Assembly: GCF_001194135.2 (NCBI RefSeq)
Contig: NC_068983.1
Coordinates: forward strand, 125,021,557 to 125,061,152
From: Octopus bimaculoides
Taxonomy: Eukaryota
DNA: 39,596 nucleotides
Direction of reading: 5' to 3'
In this document: positions 32,748-39,596 of the stretch, piece by piece
Position numbering within the stretch: position 1 is the first letter of the stretch
Layout of the letters: every line of letters begins with the position of its first letter
Position numbers and translations under genes: made by a program
The notes under the pieces: model-generated
The model's input: only the letters and a program-made list of their open reading frames with translations
What the model was told of the DNA's origin: nothing
The model's database searches: none

Positions 32748-34411
32748 CAGTGCCTTGCAAATGTCTACGCCCTCTTTGAAAATTTATATATTTTGTATAA
32801 TTTAACAAGGAACAACACATTTTTTCGAGTCTAATGATTGTTAAATAATAAGCAGATCGATCAAACATACCCTTGATATAAAAACTATATTTTAAAAATT
32901 TCACACTGATTCTTAAAATCATATAAATTAGAAAACTGTCTTTGCAAAAGTCTACATCCCCTTTGGAATGTCTTCAGCTAATATTTTGTGGATGATCCTG
33001 ATGCGTCAATTACAGCCTGCAGACGCTTCGGGTAGCCTTCTACGAGCTTGCTGCATTCGGCTGCTGACAGTTTTCGCCATTCTTCATGGCAGAACTTCTC
33101 GAGCTGTGTCAGATTGAATGGGGAACGTCGGTGCACAGCCAGCTTTAGATCTCGCCATATATTTTCTATCGGACTGAGGTCTGGAGACTGGCTGGGCCAC
33201 TCCAAAACTGACCGTGATTTTCTTGCTAGCAAACCAAGCTTTAGTGCTTTTTGTCACATGCTTGGGGTCGTTATCTTGAAACTTGAAATTGCGACGCAAG
33301 CGCAGAGCTCTAGCAGACTTCAGAAAGTTTGCCTCCAATATGTCTTGGTGCTTGACACTGTCCATGATACCCTGGACAGTTACCAACTCTCCAGGCCCTG
33401 CAGCTGAAAAGCAGCCCCAAAGCATGATCAAGCCACTGCCATGCTTTACAGTGGGGACGGTGTAACGAAGTTGGTGAGCAGTGCCTTTTTTCCGCCAAAC
33501 GTAACGTTTCGTATTTTATTCCAAATGACATGACTTTGGACTCATCTGACCACAAAATCTTTCGCCACATGCAATTATTAATGTGACTTTTGGCAAAGTT
33601 TAGCCTAGATTGCTTGTGTATAGGCTTCAGAAGGAGCTTTGCAAGCCAGACCGCTGCAATACTCTGGAAATTGTAGATGCATGGACATCTGTCTCAGTAC
33701 TGGAAACTGAAGCTTTCAAGTTTTCCAGTGTTGCACTAGGGTTGGACGTTGCCTTTCGGACCAGTTTTGACTTTGCTCTTCTGGTAAATTTGCTCGGTCT
33801 CCCAGATCTTGGTAGGGTAGCAGTGGTTTTGTGCACTAACCACTTCTTAACTACAGTTTTAACAGTGCTTAGAGACAATTCTAAAGTTTTTGCAATCTGT
33901 TTATAGCTATTATTTTCATTGTACGTTTGAATAATAATGTTTTTAAGTTCCTGAAACAGAGGCCGGCCCATTTTCTTTCCCGAGTTGTATACCTTGTATT
34001 TAAAGTCAGAGGCCAAAGATCAACATACCAAAAACCCATATGGTGAATGATTTTGTAGGCAGTTAAATCACCTTATATAGCAAAATAATAGACTGGCCAA
34101 GTTTGTTTGTTTTGGTAGAACGCATATGTCACGCTTGATTATTTTGGATTGTATACATCAATGACAAACTACCTGATAACACAGTATAATATCTGTGGGG
34201 GTGTAGACTTTTGCAAAGACATTTTACCCAGTTATATGATTTTAAGAATCAGTGTGAAATTTTTAAACTGTAATTTTTATATCAAAGGAAAGTGTGATGA
34301 ATCCGCTAATTATTTAACAATCATTGGGAATGAAAAAAATGTGTTGTTCCTTGTTAAATTACACAAAATATATAAATTTTCAAAGGGGGTATAGACTTTT
34401 GCAAGGCACTC
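32748..34411 (-). mobile_element. Near-full-length Tc1 (DD34E) transposon with ~220-bp IR/DR-type TIRs; transposase frameshifted
   Basis: TIR CAGTGCCTTGCAAA.GTCTAC with an inner repeat TTTGCAAAAGTCTAC; TA at 34412-13; GRPSK, WSDESK, KHGSG.IMLWGCF, QDNDPKH, WPSQSPDLSPIENIW; ends GSSTKY* at 32978. Confidence 0.97.
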
Positions 34412-34527
34412 TACAATTAATACTTTCATTTGAATTATTAAACTTTTAGTCACTCCAATAGTTGTACTGTTTTTATCAGTTAATCCTTCCAGTGAAGTAT
34501 TACTTGTCATTTTCAGAGATTATAAAA

Positions 34528-35640
34528 TTAAAATATAACGTTCGGCAAATATCTGACATTGATAGGGGACAATTTAAGAGTGGTAAACAATCGGTTGGCG
34601 TTGCTAATGTCACTATGAACAGGAGCGATGGGCTTAATCACACACTCCACATTTTGCTATGAGCGAATTATTTATTTTAGTTCATTTTCGTCTTCATTAA
34701 ACTTAATCTCTAACATTGCTTCGAGGATACACATTTTAGAGGGCGGTAAACTGTTAATATTACTTAAATATCTCCAAGTATCTGTAAAAGGAGTTGCGTA
34801 CCTGCAATTTAGGTTTATAAGATAAGAAATTGTCAACATTTGGTGAATTTCTTTGGCGGTATGGATTGGAGAAAGAATGTTCTAGTCTAGGGCGACAAAC
34901 GCTCTTAATTTAGCTTAGACAAAGGATTGTGGGGAAGAATGGAAGCATCTATCAACTACTAGATAATAAAGAATTGTGGTTATATATCTGAAAAGTAATT
35001 TTCCATACAGGCGAACATACTCGTTACATACTTCAGTATGGGTCATACCAAGATTTTACAGTTGATTTTAAGTATTCAGAACTTAAGTATTTTCTAGAAT
35101 TGGAGAGAAAATTTAGTTCTTCATTTAACATGTTGAGGATGTTGTGAATGTGAGTTTACTCTGATAATTGTACTACCAATTCTGAGATTTCACACTGGAG
35201 GGAGCTTTGATGGAAGTGTCTGTTAGTGTGATATGTCAATTCCACATCAGCTCCCAGTGTATGGAAAATTTCAAATGCAGAAAATAAGATAGGTATGTAG
35301 TTACTTGTTGAGGGATGTATGATGTGAGAATTATTACCATGGTGGTAATAGAATATTTCCTTCACATTATACGCACCTATCTTAAATGAAAAATAAGCAA
35401 TCTACAATGTAGATAACACTAAAGACTTTCTGGACAAAAGTTGTAATGTACGTGAGTAGAACTCTTTTGCATATAGTTCTTTTGGATGAAGGCCAACGTA
35501 AGACTAAGCAAACACAGCAACAACAACCATATTAAAAGACGTATTTCAGATGCATTCGGTAGTATTGCAAATAGTAGTATCTACTTTATATCTAACATTT
35601 TAACTAGTCGCAAGGTGAGAATCAAAGAAGACTTGTCGGT
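34528..35640 (-). pseudogene. ~370-codon decayed intronless ORF of unknown function
   Basis: Two frames joined by one frameshift near 35050; 9 internal stops; e.g. THTEVCNEYVRLYGKLLFRYITTILYYLVVDRCF and YATPFTDTWRYLSNINSLPPSKMCILEAMLEIKFNEDENELK. Confidence 0.6.
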
Positions 35641-35777
35641 ACGTCGATACGAGTGTTGACCAAAATAATTTTGAATACTGTCATAAAATTTTCCCTGTAC
35701 ATTTTGTAACTTCCCTTTATGTTTTTAAATTTGAAAAGATCAACACAGAGTATTATCATTTTATTGTAAGTATTGTA

Positions 35778-35957
35778 ATGAGTCAACGCAATAAAATGGA
35801 AAATGCTCAAAGTAAAATTTTGAAAGCTATACTTCAACATAGAGTTTTAGACAATTATGAGAGAAATGTGGGATCGACCCCGTTCACAATGACAAATGGA
35901 TGGTTTAAAGAAACTGATTTAATGAGAATGGTAGCAGACGCTCATTATGAAAGATAA
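35778..35957 (+). CDS. Intact 59-aa ORF, divergent from the 34528-35759 region
   Basis: MSQRNKMENAQSKILKAILQHRVLDNYERNVGSTPFTMTNGWFKETDLMRMVADAHYER*. Confidence 0.4.
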   Translation: MSQRNKMENAQSKILKAILQHRVLDNYERNVGSTPFTMTNGWFKETDLMRMVADAHYER

Positions 35958-36326
35958 CATTCAATTTTATATTAATAACGACGCCACTAACAATAGTAAA
36001 AACATCATCGACAATACATAGTCAAAAAGCACAAAGGACAATTGCAAGGACAATTGCAATTCCAATAAATTCAGATACTGAATACTTTAACTGCAACAAT
36101 AATAATAAGCGCGAAATGAATGTCATTATCAACTAAATGACAATACAACAGGTGTTGGAACAGGGAGTAAATGAGATACACGTTTCAATGTTTTAATTAA
36201 AATAACATTTTACTTCAGTCAAGATGAGACATAAAAACATATTGTATCTATTCACAAATCTATAACAACGTTGATTGATAAATGAAAAGGACGAAAGTGT
36301 GGAACAGGCAAAATACACTAAGTCAA

Positions 36327-38392
36327 TGTTTTACTTGATATGAAGGCTATATATATATATGTGCTCTATAAAATGTAACCCTGTTTTATATCCTGGTGTT
36401 GGATATATAGTTTAACGAAGCAATGGGGGAAGAAAAAGTATTTACACGACACAATATGATCGCTATGACACGAGACTCAACGCTCTCAATCAACGGCTCA
36501 CACGCACTGCCAATCGCTCAACGTTCTTTATTTGATAACAATGAGTCAATTCACTTTTAGTTACTTGTGATGATGGTGGTGGTGGGATTGGAATCCTTCC
36601 ACAGCATCTCACCTTCATAGAATTAGTCTCCTCTTCTCTTTCGAGAATTCAACTTGGCTCAGAGTTTTAATATCTCTTACGCTTAGGGTTCAATTCAAGT
36701 GTTTCCGTCCTTTTCCGTTTTCTGGTGCTACAACGTGTAGTTTCAAATTGTTTGGGTTTTGGTACCTCAAGCGTGTCGTACAATACTTCCATGGGGATTT
36801 CTTTTCTCGTGACTTTTAAGTTGGTTGATATGTCTTTTATGTTCGTCATTTTTTTCCTTTTGTCAGGAAAAAATTCTTCCAATTTGTTTAATAATTACAC
36901 CGTATTCCCATCTTTCTTTACCATATCTATAAGTTCTAAAACAAACTTTGTCCCCTAATTTGAAGAATTGTGAAGTATTTTTGTTGTTCGCCTTTTTTTT
37001 TCACTCGGTATCGGTTTATTGAAGACGGATCTTATCTTTCTAGCAAACATCAATTCTGTAGGTAACATTCCAGACGGGGTATTCGGATTAAGTGTTACTC
37101 AGTACACTCTTAGAAATTGTTGAAGCGCAAAATGGTCCATTATTTCATTGATCGCCTTTTACAAAACCCTCTTGAAAGTGTCAACAAAACGCTCCACTTG
37201 TCCAATTGACCTAGAATGATACGGCAGATTGGTGACACGTTTGATGATGAACATTTTACAAAATTTTCTGAACTCGTCTGACGTAAATTGAGTTCCATTA
37301 TCAGACACAATGTTATCAGCATTACCACATCTGGCGAACAGTTCGTGTAAAAAGTACTGTAACCGCAGATGTCGGCTTTTTATATTTATGCACTTCAGGC
37401 CATTTTCAAAAACTGTCCAACATAACAAGGCAATATGCACCCTTAAGTGGACCTGCGTAATCAACATGCAGTCTGGAGTATGGAATATCTGCTTTCTGGC
37501 CGCAGTTTCCATTTAATGGTAGGTGCTTTTGCAGCTAAGGCACACTCTCTGCATGCTTTCACTGATTCTTCAATGCTACGGTCCATTGTTGGCCAATATA
37601 CACAACTTCTTATTAACGATTTCATTCTCGAAATCTCTGGGTGACCACTGTTAAATTCCTTTACTGATCGCTTTTGTAGTGTGACTGGCACTACGAGTCG
37701 TTATACGCACATCTACACGTTGAGAAATATTTCGCATTTTTTTCGCGCATATTTTTTAAACTCTTTTAACCTTCAGGATTTCTTTCAGTTTTTTAATGAA
37801 TTTATCATTCTCAGATTTTAATTTATGTCTTGTAAACGAACTGGCGGTTCACGTATGTCGTTATACAAAACATTTTTAATATCATTTTCTGCTCGCAAAG
37901 CAGCAATCACGGTATCTTCAACTGGTTCAACATTTTTGAAAATCGGTTTTGATAAACAATCAACGTGACCTAATTTCTCGGGTAGTATATATATATATTA
38001 GCTGTATGTGTAGGGATTCCTTTCTTCGAATCATATACCGATAATAACGGACTATGTAGTCGAAAACTGTAAATTTGTTTCATCGTGTAAAACTGTGATT
38101 TTTGTACGGCAAAAATAATCGTTAGAGCCTCTTTTTCGATTTGGCTGTAATTTTCTTCTGCAGATATCATAAAACGTGAGGCATGAAGCAACGCCGTCAT
38201 GTTACCATCTTTATATTTTGTAGAAATACTGCTCCTATACTCTATATCTGATGTTAATATTCTTTGTTAATTTCGTCAAATGCCTTTTGGTAATTTTCTG
38301 ACCAGTTCCAGCTTCCATTCTTTTCAGCAGATTATTCAGTGGAACCATCAACTTATGCATATTTGGAATATAATTTTCCTTGTAATTTGCCA
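36327..38392 (-). mobile_element. Ty3/Gypsy LTR retrotransposon: truncated pol (RT connection, RNase H, integrase) plus probable 3' LTR at 36327-36603
   Basis: ANY..YIPNMHKL..PLNNLL; SAEENYSQIEKEALTIIFAVQK; GHPEISRMKSLIRSCVYWP..C..C; IVSDNGTQFTSDEF..GQVERFVDTFKR; purine-rich tract then TGT...CA. Confidence 0.9.
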
Positions 38393-38523
38393 GCACTGCT
38401 CACCAACCTCGTTACACCGTCCCCACTGTAAAGCATGGCGGTGGCTCGATCATGCTTTGGGGCTGCTTTTCAGCTGCAAGGCCTGGAGAGTTGGTAACTG
38501 TCCAGGGTATCATGAATAGTGTA
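38393..38523 (+). mobile_element. Isolated internal fragment of the same Tc1 transposase family
   Basis: About 95% identical to the reverse complement of 33355-33484; no TIRs. Confidence 0.93.
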
Positions 38524-38699
38524 AAAATTTTCCACTAGATCAATTTTTCCTTGCGTACTCATTTCTGTAAGGATAAGGAACCATTCAGGTAGTTCTAACT
38601 GAGAAACTGCATTGAAAACCTAAAGTAGTGTATATGGAATATCAGGTGTTATATATACTTATATAAATAAGCATCCGTCTAACTCAACATGTAGAACAA

Positions 38700-39596
38700 T
38701 GAAAAGGATAACAGTATCTAAGGAATTACCAGAATGCTGCCATTTGAAGACGCGCTTTAACTGCAGATATTTAAGTGTAGTATAGAGCAATGCTTTGCCT
38801 CGAACTTATCAAAGAAAGCGGCAACAAATTGATAGAACATTGCAATATTTACGACTGGTTATTGTCAGCTTAAGATGTCAGCCATGTCGATATTGGGATT
38901 AATTATTATGAAAGTAAATCTGCATTGCATATATAACGAATTTATATCATGTCCGCATACTTCTCTTTCTGCTTGTTAGTTAAGCTATACACTATCTTGT
39001 TTAGCTTCAGTGAACCTTCCTACACGATTGCTTAAGAAAGCTTTTATTAAATTATAAGACGGATTTCCGAATTAGATATCTTAATTCTCTCTATCAATAA
39101 CTTGCCTATCAACTCTGAAAGGAAATTCATTATACGTATTTCTATATCACGCTTTCATACTTCGAAACAGAATTCAGGTGCGTTTCACGTATTTAATCTT
39201 AGAACTGAAGTGGAGATTACACTGTAACGTTTATTTCTTCCAACACATAGTTGTAAGTTTTATTTAAATACTACCAGGAATCAATTATTGAATTAAAACG
39301 AACGTATCACGTACTGCCGTGTTATATTCTATATCTCATAGAATAATGAAAATCAGTGTCTTTGAAACATACTATTGAGCGGTAGAAACGTTGAAGGAAA
39401 TATTTTTTTTAGTAAATGACGCATCTTACAGGCGACATGATGGATGTCAAAAATAAGTATGTTTTTGTTTTACATTTCTGTATGCAGAGCAGTTGAAATT
39501 GTTGCAGTTATATATTTCATGACTATACAAACGAAAATAACTCTAGCATCCCCACAGTGAATAAAGAACAATTATAACTGACGAACGAGTTTATAT
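38700..39596 (+). pseudogene. Decayed coding-like region running off the window
   Basis: MLCLELIKESGNKLIEHCNIYDWLLSA*DVSHVDIGINYYESKSALHI*...IIRRISELDILILSINNLPINSERKFIIRISISRFHTSKQNSGAFHVFNLRTEVEITL*; about 12 stops in 270 codons. Confidence 0.3.

Noticed and set aside
35764-35780. Baculovirus/nudivirus late promoter GTAAG before ATG 35778 (and poxvirus-like TAAATG at 27786)
   Set aside because: These short motifs are expected by chance in AT-rich DNA and are not consistently present at other starts, so they were not used to assign a virus family.
1-39596. Intact host multi-exon gene or Maverick/Polinton hallmark genes
   Set aside because: No exon chain with a recognisable host domain; no pPolB, packaging ATPase, cysteine protease or capsid motif found, and the integrase present is Gypsy-type.

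Overview
AT-rich, repeat-dense animal genomic DNA, almost certainly octopus/cephalopod, judged from the tRNA-derived SINE families and the (TA)/(CA)/(CATA)/(TAA) microsatellites. I could not support any intact host protein-coding gene. Roughly half of the window is recognisable transposon debris: three tRNA-SINE families, two Penelope-like elements, a cluster of R4/Dong RLE-LINE pieces, an L1/Tx1 ORF2 remnant nested in a mariner remnant, an ORF1-only L1/Tx1-like element, an RTE 3' end, a near-full-length Tc1 with IR/DR ends, a Gypsy pol plus 3' LTR, a TIR MITE and a foldback. Two observations stand out. (1) The DNA between the transposons repeatedly translates by hand as intronless, stop-depleted, tightly packed convergent and divergent pseudo-ORFs. 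This suggests the decayed genome of a large endogenous DNA virus or giant element; no hallmark gene was recognised, so the identity is unproven. (2) A tRNA-headed element at 30.2-30.7 kb carries two inverted Penelope-type minimal hammerhead ribozyme motifs. All translations, stop counts and alignments were done by eye; no database search was run.
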